A stretch of DNA of 59,584 nucleotides. Source: a virus (lineage: Duplodnaviria > Caudoviricetes). Both the position numbers and the translations under genes were made by a program. The stretch lies in the IMG/VR virus record IMGVR_UViG_3300027754_000102, positions 1-59,584 of that record, one strand, 5' to 3'. This document shows, piece after piece, positions 9,456 through 18,251 of the stretch (the stretch's first letter is position 1; every line of letters starts with the position of its first letter). The notes beneath the pieces were generated by a model, which was not told where the DNA came from, searched no databases, and worked only from the letters and a program-made list of their open reading frames with translations.

Positions 9456-9793
9456 GCGCCCAGCGGCGCTTCATGTTGGCGCTGGCCGGTCACTTGGGAC
9501 GGACAGTCGCAGAACTGGAAGTGACGCTGGGAGCTAACGAGCTAAACGATTGGATAGCGCTGGCGCAGCAGGAACCGTGGGGACCGTACAGGCTGGACAC
9601 ACTCGCAACGCTCGGCTGGTCGTATTCGGTGATGGCAGCACACTTGAAGGATCCAGCAGAAACGGCACGGCGAATATCGTTGCCATGGTGGACGACAAGA
9701 CCTGTTGACGAAGTGCGGCAGGTGACACCCGAGGAAATGCGCCTGGCGTTATTGTCGCTTGGTGCCAAACCAGTGGAAAGGTCCGATGGCTGA
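9446..9793 (+). CDS. Tail chaperone -1 frameshift extension (gpGT-like)
   Basis: Heptamer A AAA AAC at 9446-9452; the -1 frame is open into 'LALAGHLGRTVAEL'. Confidence 0.85.
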   Translation, partial: KKLSAQRRFMLALAGHLGRTVAELEVTLGANELNDWIALAQQEPWGPYRLDTLATLGWSYSVMAAHLKDPAETARRISLPWWTTRPVDEVRQVTPEEMRLALLSLGAKPVERSDG

Positions 9794-10892
9794 ATCGATT
9801 TCCAATCTGGCGATATCGGTCGCGCTGGACGGCTCACGAGCCGAAAGCGGACTGAACAAGATCGCTGACAAGGTCGAGGACTTTGGCAAACGGATGTCAA
9901 CCGTTAGCCAGATTGGCGCCGGATTGGGTTCGGTACTCGGCGCTTTCAAGTTTGGTATATTTGCGGCGGCTGGCGCAGGCGCGGTTGGGATGATGCGAAA
10001 TCTAGCCAGTAGCGCTAGAGACGCATTGTTGGCCAATGAAGAACTACAGTTTAGCCAGGTGGCCGACCAAGGTTCGCTGATGCAGGAGCCTAAATGGCTA
10101 GGTTCCATGACCGGCCAAATGGCGCTTCTGTCGGAGTCGTGGGACAACCTCATTGTTCGCCTGGCTGAACCTTTTGAGGGAGTGATCAAAGAAGGCTTGG
10201 CGATCATGCGTGGCGTGTTTGAAGGTTTAGCCGTCACTGCCGAGGAAATTGCCAAGGCATTTGGTTGGGTTCAAGACGATGATGGCAATTTTGAATTTCT
10301 GCAAAATGTCTTTAAGGTTGTTCGGGATTACACCATTGACATTGCCAAGGCGCTCACAGGTGGCGTGAAGTATTTCGTCGAAGGCATTGCCAAAGGCATC
10401 GATGAGCTACGAAAAATAACCAACCCGGGCGCTCTCAATCAGGCATGGAACCAAGTTCTATTGGATCTCGGATTACGAAACCGCAAAGAATTCAACGAGG
10501 CGATGCGCGGCAACGCTCAGCAATTTAACGCCAACGAAGGCGGCGGACTGGCAAACTTCCAGGCTGGATTGGAAAACTTTGCGGCAAGTCTTGGCAATCT
10601 TCAAGGCAATCTAGAGGCGGCCAAAGGTGCTGAGCGCGCCCCGCGCCTAGGCATGGGCAAAGACCAAGCAGCACCAGAAAATATATTTGCGGCGGCACTG
10701 GAACGCGGTTCGGTCGCTGAGTGGGAAAGTCGGATGCGTGACCGGTTCAGCACGCAACAAAACAACCCGCAAGAAAAGATCGCCGAAAATTCCGACAAGA
10801 TGGTTTTCATTTTGGGTGAGGTTGCGCGAGGTATTGAGGCAAGCGCTACTAGATTTTTGCCAGGACTGCTGGAATTTGGAAAGGGATTGTAA
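9786..10892 (+). CDS. Short tape measure protein (368 aa, module A)
   Basis: Follows chaperones; N-terminal 'ISNLAISVALDGS', Ala/Gly-rich helical content. Confidence 0.8.
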   Translation: MAESISNLAISVALDGSRAESGLNKIADKVEDFGKRMSTVSQIGAGLGSVLGAFKFGIFAAAGAGAVGMMRNLASSARDALLANEELQFSQVADQGSLMQEPKWLGSMTGQMALLSESWDNLIVRLAEPFEGVIKEGLAIMRGVFEGLAVTAEEIAKAFGWVQDDDGNFEFLQNVFKVVRDYTIDIAKALTGGVKYFVEGIAKGIDELRKITNPGALNQAWNQVLLDLGLRNRKEFNEAMRGNAQQFNANEGGGLANFQAGLENFAASLGNLQGNLEAAKGAERAPRLGMGKDQAAPENIFAAALERGSVAEWESRMRDRFSTQQNNPQEKIAENSDKMVFILGEVARGIEASATRFLPGLLEFGKGL

Positions 10893-11876
10893 ATGGCATA
10901 TGTCAGCTTTAAAGAACTGGCTGGCAAATCTGGATCGGTCAATTCCAGTTTTCAACGTCAGTACACACGGCAATTTCGCATCATCACCGACGATGCGACG
11001 GCTGGTCCATTTTACGCCGGCAGTCATCCCAGCCTGCCGCTAATATTTAGCGTTTATCCAGACGATGCCAAAGCGTTTTGCGTGTCGTTAAGTCCTGTTC
11101 AAGACGGTGACAATCCGCTCGCGTGGACCGTAACCGCTCAATACGCTTACGCCATGGATGCTTGGGTTGGCGGAGGTGGTGGCGGAGGTGGCGGTGGTGG
11201 TGGCGGAATGACTGCCACCGGCAATCCGCAAATCGACACCCAGCAGAAAGGCCAGCCACCAGCCAGCAGGGTTTCCAATCCGCTTTCAAGACCAAGAGAC
11301 TACACATTCCAAACGATCAATGTCGGCCAACGTGTGGTTGAAAAAGATGTGGTCACAGACGAGCCAATCGTGAACACTGCTGGTGATCCTATCTCGCCAC
11401 CCTACATGATTGACATCCCAGCCATCGCCATCACCATTGGCCTAAACAGCACCAGTGCGCCGGGTGACGGCTGGGTTTCTGCACTGGGTAAAATTAACAC
11501 CAACACACTGACCATAGGCAGTTGGATAATCGCTGCCAAGCGGGCAAGACTGCGTGGGATTTCAGCAAATTTGGTCTACGAGGAAGGCCTTAGCTACTGG
11601 CGATGGTCAATCAATTTTGAAGTGCGTTACAGTTGGACTTGGGATTTGCGGTCGGTCGGACTGGAAGCCAAGCAATATGCTAGGGACGCTGCCGGCAACC
11701 AAACCACCGTGAAAGGTCCGATCAAAAAAAACGGCAAATACATCACTCAGCCTGTCGGATTAGATGCCCAAGGATTTGTAGCGGAGAACACCGAAGCGGC
11801 AGGAGTCTGGACCGATAACGCTGCGCAATTGTCTTTTGATGTGGTCGCATCAACAACCTTTCCGAGTCCGCTCTAA
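10893..11876 (+). CDS. Putative tail tip/hub protein with 13-Gly tract
   Basis: Immediately after tape measure; positional counterpart of 51388-52464. Confidence 0.55.
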   Translation: MAYVSFKELAGKSGSVNSSFQRQYTRQFRIITDDATAGPFYAGSHPSLPLIFSVYPDDAKAFCVSLSPVQDGDNPLAWTVTAQYAYAMDAWVGGGGGGGGGGGGGMTATGNPQIDTQQKGQPPASRVSNPLSRPRDYTFQTINVGQRVVEKDVVTDEPIVNTAGDPISPPYMIDIPAIAITIGLNSTSAPGDGWVSALGKINTNTLTIGSWIIAAKRARLRGISANLVYEEGLSYWRWSINFEVRYSWTWDLRSVGLEAKQYARDAAGNQTTVKGPIKKNGKYITQPVGLDAQGFVAENTEAAGVWTDNAAQLSFDVVASTTFPSPL

Positions 11877-12346
11877 TGCCACCGGAAGTAGGGTTTTCCC
11901 TATCCAGCGAATCAGCCGAACGTCTGGCCACCATGCTGCGCGCATTCGAGGGCGGCAGACTGGCACCTAGATTTGGCGGAGGTGATGAAACCTTTATCAG
12001 CCAACCGGGTGACGGCATCGACTTTGTCCAGGTCACAGGCACAACCACGCCGGCAGGTGATCACACAGGCAAGATCGTCTGGTGGGATAACGACAACAAC
12101 GAATGGCGCACGGACTACACAGAAATCATCATTCGTGAACCTGATGGAAAAACATTGCCAAACGGCAAATACATCGGCAAATTTATGTATCACAAATTGA
12201 TCAGTGGCACCACCACCAAAGATGTTTATGTGACAAGTTCAGGACCGATCCTGTCAATTCAGGTGGTTACTGATATTACTTGCGTGTCTGGAGTGCTGAC
12301 GGTCACCAAGAAAACGCTACACATTCCCGGCGGTAGGTCTACCTAA
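11876..12346 (+). CDS. Putative tail tip protein
   Basis: C-terminus 'VVTDITCVSGVLTVTKKTLHIPG' matches 'VVTAVTCSNGNLTVTTKTITVPG' of 52467-52913. Confidence 0.55.
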   Translation: MPPEVGFSLSSESAERLATMLRAFEGGRLAPRFGGGDETFISQPGDGIDFVQVTGTTTPAGDHTGKIVWWDNDNNEWRTDYTEIIIREPDGKTLPNGKYIGKFMYHKLISGTTTKDVYVTSSGPILSIQVVTDITCVSGVLTVTKKTLHIPGGRST

Positions 12347-13071
12347 TGCCAGCATCCGCAACGGCAATTTCTGAACCGTTTTCACCGACAACGGCGACGG
12401 TGTCTCAGCCGAGCGGAACGGCGACCGCTGGTTCTACTGGCGGCAGCATTATCAATTTGCAATCTACATATAGCATTGGGCCAACCGGTGGAGCATCTGG
12501 AACCAGTGGCGGCAGCACAACCCAAACGCTGTCTTGTTCTTCCTGCTGTTCTCCACTGGTGTATTATTTGCCAACATGGTTTAGCAGTTATGGCCTATGC
12601 CCAGGCGCTGTTGATAACACTGTGCCAGTAACACTAACCGCTACTTTTACTTTGTCTGGATATGGCGGTTACACTTTGGCTGAGATGTGTTTGCCAACAT
12701 CAGCAAGTGTAAATGTAATTGCTGACGATCCTTTAAGGCCTTCAAACCTTTACATTATCACACCATCAACAACATGCTCTTTGGTTTCACCACCAACTAC
12801 ACGTTTTAATGTCAAATCACCTTTTGCCAATCCATACGATTGGGTTTTTACGGCTGCATTTATTACAGCCCACCAATTGTTGTACACTCTTACTCTTTGC
12901 AATTGCTCCACAAGTTTTGCGCTAAATTTATTTAATTCGGCATTTTTAAATGCAAATTCAATGACTTTGTCTAGTAGCAGTTGCTCGCCGTTTTCGCTCA
13001 CATTTACTGGCGGCCAAATTTATCAGACTTACATTCGCAAAGGTTCATTCGACGTAACATTTACCCTATGA
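12346..13071 (+). CDS. Ser/Thr/Cys-rich putative tail-tip or receptor-binding protein
   Basis: S/T/G stalk, 'CSSCC', 'CPGAVDNTVP' shared with 52913-54952; distal part AT-rich. Confidence 0.5.
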   Translation: MPASATAISEPFSPTTATVSQPSGTATAGSTGGSIINLQSTYSIGPTGGASGTSGGSTTQTLSCSSCCSPLVYYLPTWFSSYGLCPGAVDNTVPVTLTATFTLSGYGGYTLAEMCLPTSASVNVIADDPLRPSNLYIITPSTTCSLVSPPTTRFNVKSPFANPYDWVFTAAFITAHQLLYTLTLCNCSTSFALNLFNSAFLNANSMTLSSSSCSPFSLTFTGGQIYQTYIRKGSFDVTFTL

Positions 13072-13379
13072 AACCATGTCCACTTGAACCGACCACCTGC
13101 GAATGCCGGGTGTGCTACCTCTACCTCACCAACCCGGAATACAACCGACTCTGGGGCGGCACCGGCATTGATCCAGCATTTCGCAAGCTATGGATCACCC
13201 GAACCACCACGCCATGCGTTCACCTGGGCGAATTCATCGAGGATCCAGCAACCTGCGGGTGCGGCGTGGCAGTGTTGCGTTCGTGTGCTGTGCATGGCCA
13301 GTGCCGAAAAATCGGCCAGGCTAAATCCGGTGAGTCGGTTTGTTCGACCTGTCCCGACTGGATGGCAAAAGGTGTCTGA
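13068..13379 (+). CDS. Small Cys-rich protein
   Basis: ATGA overlap; 'PCVHLGE...CGCG...CAVHGQC...VCSTCPDW' homologous to the C-terminus of 52913-54952. Confidence 0.7.
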   Translation: MKPCPLEPTTCECRVCYLYLTNPEYNRLWGGTGIDPAFRKLWITRTTTPCVHLGEFIEDPATCGCGVAVLRSCAVHGQCRKIGQAKSGESVCSTCPDWMAKGV

Positions 13380-13400
13380 GTTCGTCGGGTTATTTATTGT
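13375..13400 (+). promoter_or_regulatory. Module A late-promoter-like motif, copy 3 (before putative lysis cassette)
   Basis: TCTGAGTTCGT-cg-GGTT-att-TATTGT. Confidence 0.7.
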
Positions 13401-13406
13401 CGAGGT

Positions 13407-14078
13407 ATGACACCCGCACTCATACTCTTGTTGTTTTGCGATATTAAGTCCCCGCCAGAGGTGCGCACGCCGTGCAACCGATTGGCGCGCGTCGAAGTGG
13501 TTTCAACCGGCAAAAACACGATCCTGATTCCACCAGCCGGTGACTGTGACGCATTCCAAGAGGTTGCGTCTAATGGCAAACTATCATTCCGAGTGATCTG
13601 CTACTCACCAGGGAAATACCGACTCACATTCGTGACCGCTGCCGGTGATGTTCCCGAGTACGCCACCACCGATATAATCGCCGGTGATCTGCCTGCACCT
13701 GTGCCACCAGTGCCGCCAGTTCCAACACCTGACGATATAACCAAGGATCCGCTGTACCAAGCACTGGCCAGCATCGTTGGCGGTTTGCAGGAATCAGACC
13801 AACAGAACAGCCTGAAGACACTGGCCGAACTCTACCGGCAAGGCGAAGTCATGGCCGGCCAGCACGCAACGCTTGGCGCATGGACTGGCGCGCTTAGACT
13901 ACTCAGCCAGCAGGCCGGCCTTGGCAACAAGCTGATCACGGTCAGGCAGCGCATTGCGGACGAACTGTCCAGCGCACTGGGAACTGATCCGGCGGCCAAC
14001 CTGGCGGGGGGACTCGGCGCAAGATGTGCCGCGCAGTGCCGCCGGATCAGCCTAATCCTTAACACCTTGGCACGGTGA
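13407..14078 (+). CDS. Exported protein with Pro-rich linker (putative lysis accessory)
   Basis: Hydrophobic N-terminus, beta domain, PVPP linker, helical C-domain; homologue at 54980-55684. Confidence 0.6.
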   Translation: MTPALILLLFCDIKSPPEVRTPCNRLARVEVVSTGKNTILIPPAGDCDAFQEVASNGKLSFRVICYSPGKYRLTFVTAAGDVPEYATTDIIAGDLPAPVPPVPPVPTPDDITKDPLYQALASIVGGLQESDQQNSLKTLAELYRQGEVMAGQHATLGAWTGALRLLSQQAGLGNKLITVRQRIADELSSALGTDPAANLAGGLGARCAAQCRRISLILNTLAR

Positions 14079-14082
14079 AAAC

Positions 14083-14982
14083 ATGGCTGAGGTCGATGAG
14101 AATTTTGGTTGGGTCGAGGATCCCGCAGCGGTCGATGCGGTGGTTGCCGGCCTACCCATGCCAACATGGGGAGATACGCCAGCCAGCGCAGTGGATGAAG
14201 CCAGCCTGCCTGCCGAGGTGTTGGGATGGCAGGCATGGGCGAAGGCCAGCGGCACGGCATGGCCTGAACTGTCTCAGGGTTCTGTCGGCTCCTGCGTTTC
14301 GTTCGGAACCAGCCACGCGCTAATGCTCACGCAGGCCGGCGAGATCATCGCAGGTGATCCAGAGGAAACACGGATTCCCTGCATGGAAGCAATCTATGGT
14401 GGTTCACGCGTTGAGATCGGCGGTGGAAAAATATCCGGTGATGGTTCCATCGGCGCTTGGGCGGCAGAATGGGTGCGACGCTGGGGAGTAATAGCGCAGG
14501 GAATTTATGGCTCATACGATCTGACCAAATACGACCAGGCGCGTTGCCGGGACTGGGGCAAAAAAGGCGTACCGACTGAGATCGAGGACATAGCCAAAAA
14601 GCATCCAATCGGCAACTGCACACTGATCACATCGTTTTCAGATGCGGTCTCGGCACTTGGCCAAGGCTACGGTATTCAGGTCGCCAGTAACCGAGGATTC
14701 AGCCTGAAGCGCGACTCCGAAGGCTTTGCCGCACCGAGTGGTAGATGGGGCCACTCAATGTCGTTTATAGGCTACAGGAAAACCGGCAATCGACCGGGTT
14801 TGTTCATCGTCAATAGTTGGGGATTTAGCAGCACGACAGGTCCTAAATCACACCCAGACGCGCCGCCGAGCGGTTGGTGGGTGGATGCTGAGGTGGCGGA
14901 TGGAATGTTGAAACAACGGGACTCGTTCGCATTCTCAAAGTTCACCGGGTTCCCGGCTCGTTCCATTAACTGGCTGATCTGA
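14083..14982 (+). CDS. Papain-like (C1-family) cysteine peptidase
   Basis: 'QGSVGSCVSFG' (Gln/Cys), 'GHSM' (His), 'NSWG' (Asn). Confidence 0.88.
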   Translation: MAEVDENFGWVEDPAAVDAVVAGLPMPTWGDTPASAVDEASLPAEVLGWQAWAKASGTAWPELSQGSVGSCVSFGTSHALMLTQAGEIIAGDPEETRIPCMEAIYGGSRVEIGGGKISGDGSIGAWAAEWVRRWGVIAQGIYGSYDLTKYDQARCRDWGKKGVPTEIEDIAKKHPIGNCTLITSFSDAVSALGQGYGIQVASNRGFSLKRDSEGFAAPSGRWGHSMSFIGYRKTGNRPGLFIVNSWGFSSTTGPKSHPDAPPSGWWVDAEVADGMLKQRDSFAFSKFTGFPARSINWLI

Positions 14983-14990
14983 GGACCGCC

Positions 14991-15251
14991 ATGGATGCCA
15001 TTCAATTCATCAGGGAGTTTGGTTTGCCAACCATGGGACTCTGTGTCGCCGGCTACGCGTTTTGGCAATGCTGTTCTTGGATTGCACGCGAGCTAATTGT
15101 TCCACTGCGTGATCGGCATTTTGCATTTCTGCATTCACTGGAAAGCACGCTTGCTGTCCTCGCTAAAACACAACAGCAACTTGGCACCGAGATCGAGCGC
15201 ATCACCGACATGATTCAAGGTCAACAGTTAAAAAAACAGGATAAAGAATAA
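14991..15251 (+). CDS. Putative holin-like membrane protein
   Basis: One TM segment plus coiled-coil tail, after the peptidase; homologue at 56905-57177. Confidence 0.55.
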   Translation: MDAIQFIREFGLPTMGLCVAGYAFWQCCSWIARELIVPLRDRHFAFLHSLESTLAVLAKTQQQLGTEIERITDMIQGQQLKKQDKE

Positions 15252-15670
15252 TGGCGAGTCTGGTGTACAACTCGTTTTATTACGACTCGTTCACGGGTTC
15301 GATTAACTGCGCCTCAAACACATTTAAATGCTTGCTTGTAACCAGTAGTTACACCGCTTATAAAGCGCACGATAAGCGCGACGACATTACCAACGAGGTT
15401 TCGGGAACAGGCTACAGCGCAGGCGGAAACGCTGCCACCTGCACAGTTGCCGCAGTGGACAACACCAACAACGATGTTGAAATAACATTCAGCATCGCAA
15501 GCTGGACCACCAGCACGATCACTGCACGCGGCGCGGTGATCTACAGGAGCAGAGGTGGCGCATCGAGCGCCGACGAACTGGTCTGCTACATCGATTTTGG
15601 CGCGGACATTAGCAGCAGCGCGGGAACTTTTGCAGTCACGATGAATGATCCAATTAAGGTCCAGAACTAG
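15251..15670 (+). CDS. Virion fibre-module protein (MASLVYNS family), copy 1
   Basis: 'ITNEVSGTGYSAGG', 'ITARGAVIY', 'YIDFGAD'; paralogue of 15679 and 57184. Confidence 0.7.
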   Translation: MASLVYNSFYYDSFTGSINCASNTFKCLLVTSSYTAYKAHDKRDDITNEVSGTGYSAGGNAATCTVAAVDNTNNDVEITFSIASWTTSTITARGAVIYRSRGGASSADELVCYIDFGADISSSAGTFAVTMNDPIKVQN

Positions 15671-15678
15671 GAGAAGCC

Positions 15679-16098
15679 ATGGCATCACTTGTTTACAATT
15701 CCGCCATACGGGATGCTTCGGTTGGCAATATCGATTTCGACAGCGATACATTCAAGATGATGCTGGTTACCAGCACATACACTGCTTCCAAGAGCCACGC
15801 AAAACGCTCCGACATTACCAACGAAGTTACAGGCACAGGCTACACGGCTGGCGGCAATGCTGCTGCCTGCACCGTGGCAGCAACCGACAATGTCAATAAC
15901 GATGTTGAAATAACCTTTAGCATCACGAGTTGGACCAGCGCAACCATTACGGCACGGGCAGGTGTGATTTACAAATCTCGCGGCGGTGCTTCATCTGCTG
16001 ATGAGTTGGTTGGTTATGTGGATTTCACGAGCGATACTACCAGCACCAATGGTACATTTGCGGTTACTATCTCTAGCCCACTGAAATTCCAAAACTAG
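15679..16098 (+). CDS. Virion fibre-module protein (MASLVYNS family), copy 2
   Basis: 139-aa tandem paralogue; closest to 57184-57603. Confidence 0.7.
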   Translation: MASLVYNSAIRDASVGNIDFDSDTFKMMLVTSTYTASKSHAKRSDITNEVTGTGYTAGGNAAACTVAATDNVNNDVEITFSITSWTSATITARAGVIYKSRGGASSADELVGYVDFTSDTTSTNGTFAVTISSPLKFQN

Positions 16099-16107
16099 GG
16101 ATAAAAC

Positions 16108-17916
16108 ATGGCGCTCATTAGAGCTGACCGCGTCAAGGAATCATCTACTAGCACCGGCACGGGGGTATTTACCCTGGCCGGTGCTGATTCCACTTACCGG
16201 ACATTCGCGTCTGTTTGTGCGGTGGCTGACACGGTTTACTATGTGATTGCTCACAGGACTAGCAATGAGTGGGAGGTTGGGCTCGGCACCTATAGCGCCA
16301 CCAACACGCTGACCAGGACAACAGTTCACGCAAGCAGTAACGCCAACGCGGCTGTGGCATTCAGCACCGGCACTAAAGACGTACTGCTGGCGCTGACGAA
16401 AGCACAGCTAGAAACGTACGCCACTCTAGCTGGCACCGAGACGCTGACGAACAAGACTATCAGCGGCGCAAACAACACCATCACCAATGTTTCACTAACT
16501 ACTGGCGTGACCGGCACTCTGCCACTAGCCAACGGTGGTACTGGTGCAACTACGCAGACAACAGCAGCTACTAGCCTGATCGGTAACCCTCCAAATGATG
16601 GATTGCAGTACACGCTGGCATCCAAGAAAACTAGCGGTACGCCATCGTTCTACTGGGTCGATTCGACTGGTTACGCTCCGACATTGGATTTGTTGTTTGC
16701 TGCGGATAAGACTCTCACGCCTTACTCTGGACCTACGCCAAGTTTTAGCAGGGCATCGACTGGCACATTAACTAATTCATCCGGCGTACTAACCACAGCA
16801 GCAGTAAACGCACCACGCTTCGACCATGTATACAACGGAACAAGCTGGGTGAGTAAAGGGCTGTTGGTCGAGGAGCAGAGGACGAATAGCGTTTTCTATT
16901 CTGAGCAGTTTAACTTGTGGGCAAAATCAAGATGCAATGTCACAGCTAATTCAATTACAGCTCCTGACGGAAACACCACAGCCGACTTATTGACGACATC
17001 TATTGCAGATGCCGTCAACGAAGCATATGTATATTCAAACAATGCACCATCTGGCCAGACTACTGTGTCTTGCAGCATTTTTGTTAAAAAAGGTAATTGC
17101 GATTATTTAAGGCTACAGATTTATGATTCAGCATTTTCGAATGGTGTTATTTCAAAAGTCAACATCAGCACCGGAGCAATAATTTCGACAAGCTCAATAG
17201 GCACAGGTTGGTCTGTGACTTCAGCAGATATTTCCAACTATGGATCTGGATGGTATCGAGTTACGCTAAACGCCAGCAAGCCATCTGGAAGCACGACAAG
17301 TATTTTATTTAGCTATTCATCGCTGGTGGCAGTAAATGCGGTTTTAGGCGATACTGTTTACCTATGGGGAGCCCAGATTGAAACCGGATCATCATTCCCT
17401 ACAAGCTACATTCCAACCACCACAGCAGCGGTGACAAGGTCAGCAGATGTTTGTCAGATTACTGGGACGGATTTTAGTGGGTTTTGGTATGCGAGTGAGG
17501 GAAGTTTAGTGGTTCAATATGATCGCCTTAATGTTCCCACTTCAAACGGTGTTCTTTTTGCAGCCTCGAAAGTTTCATCACCCTTACAGAACCTAATTTA
17601 CAATTTTGCAAGTAGTGGGAATGAAAACCTTTCAGTTTACAACGCCAACATTGATCAAGCCACATTTGCTATAGGATCTATTCCTTCAGCTGGCACATCT
17701 GCAAAAATTGGATTCTGTTACAAGGTTAACGATTTCGCTGGAACACTAAATGGTTCTGCTGTGGTCACGGATACTTCAGGTTCTGTTACGGCTGTAGAGC
17801 AAATTGGTATCGGTTACATTCACGGCACTACAGCAAATTACAACGGCCACATCTCCCGACTGAGCTACTACCCAGTCCGCATCCCAAACGCCACCCTACA
17901 GGTACTATCAACATGA
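16108..17916 (+). CDS. Tail fibre / receptor-binding protein (copy 1)
   Basis: 'ADRVKESSTSTGTG' anchor, 'TETLTNKTI', 'GTLPLANGGTGATT', 'GLLVEEQRTN', 'PTSYIPTT.AAVTRSAD', LamG-like C-terminus. Confidence 0.85.
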   Translation: MALIRADRVKESSTSTGTGVFTLAGADSTYRTFASVCAVADTVYYVIAHRTSNEWEVGLGTYSATNTLTRTTVHASSNANAAVAFSTGTKDVLLALTKAQLETYATLAGTETLTNKTISGANNTITNVSLTTGVTGTLPLANGGTGATTQTTAATSLIGNPPNDGLQYTLASKKTSGTPSFYWVDSTGYAPTLDLLFAADKTLTPYSGPTPSFSRASTGTLTNSSGVLTTAAVNAPRFDHVYNGTSWVSKGLLVEEQRTNSVFYSEQFNLWAKSRCNVTANSITAPDGNTTADLLTTSIADAVNEAYVYSNNAPSGQTTVSCSIFVKKGNCDYLRLQIYDSAFSNGVISKVNISTGAIISTSSIGTGWSVTSADISNYGSGWYRVTLNASKPSGSTTSILFSYSSLVAVNAVLGDTVYLWGAQIETGSSFPTSYIPTTTAAVTRSADVCQITGTDFSGFWYASEGSLVVQYDRLNVPTSNGVLFAASKVSSPLQNLIYNFASSGNENLSVYNANIDQATFAIGSIPSAGTSAKIGFCYKVNDFAGTLNGSAVVTDTSGSVTAVEQIGIGYIHGTTANYNGHISRLSYYPVRIPNATLQVLST

Positions 17917-18079
17917 TCGACCTACTTCTAAAGTTCCAATCGCAAGAGCAGGCTGGTCTAATCGGAGAGCAACTTGGCTACACTACCCGTGATCCTGAAA
18001 CGGGTGAGTTTCAAACAACGCAAGCCACATTGACGCTAGCAATCTGCGTAATAGGTGTGCATTACTATCCAGACGGAAC
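16108..18079 (+). repeat. Long direct repeat, copy 1 (copy 2 = 57613-59584; offset 41,505 bp)
   Basis: Both fibres are 602 aa. Last mismatch seen at 17139/58644; then apparently identical to the window end. Confidence 0.95.
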
Positions 18080-18248
18080 AACCAGCGAAGGGCCGAACGG
18101 TGAGCAGGTTCCTAATCTGGTAGCAGATAATCAGTACTGGGTGATGGTTCGCTCTCTAGTGGACATGGTTATTCCTCCGGAGATTCAGCCGTTTATTGTT
18201 GCGCGTAATCCAGAAGACCCGACGATTCCAAACCAGAAATGGGCCTAA
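17913..18248 (+). CDS. Putative tail fibre assembly protein
   Basis: ATGA-coupled to the fibre gene; size and position; 5' part repeated at 59418. Confidence 0.6.
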   Translation: MIDLLLKFQSQEQAGLIGEQLGYTTRDPETGEFQTTQATLTLAICVIGVHYYPDGTTSEGPNGEQVPNLVADNQYWVMVRSLVDMVIPPEIQPFIVARNPEDPTIPNQKWA

Positions 18249-18251
18249 TAA

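Noticed and set aside
109-18248. Firm call of module A as a gene transfer agent or satellite
   Set aside because: Absence of replication genes may only reflect the window edge or a chimeric join; no host flanks are visible.
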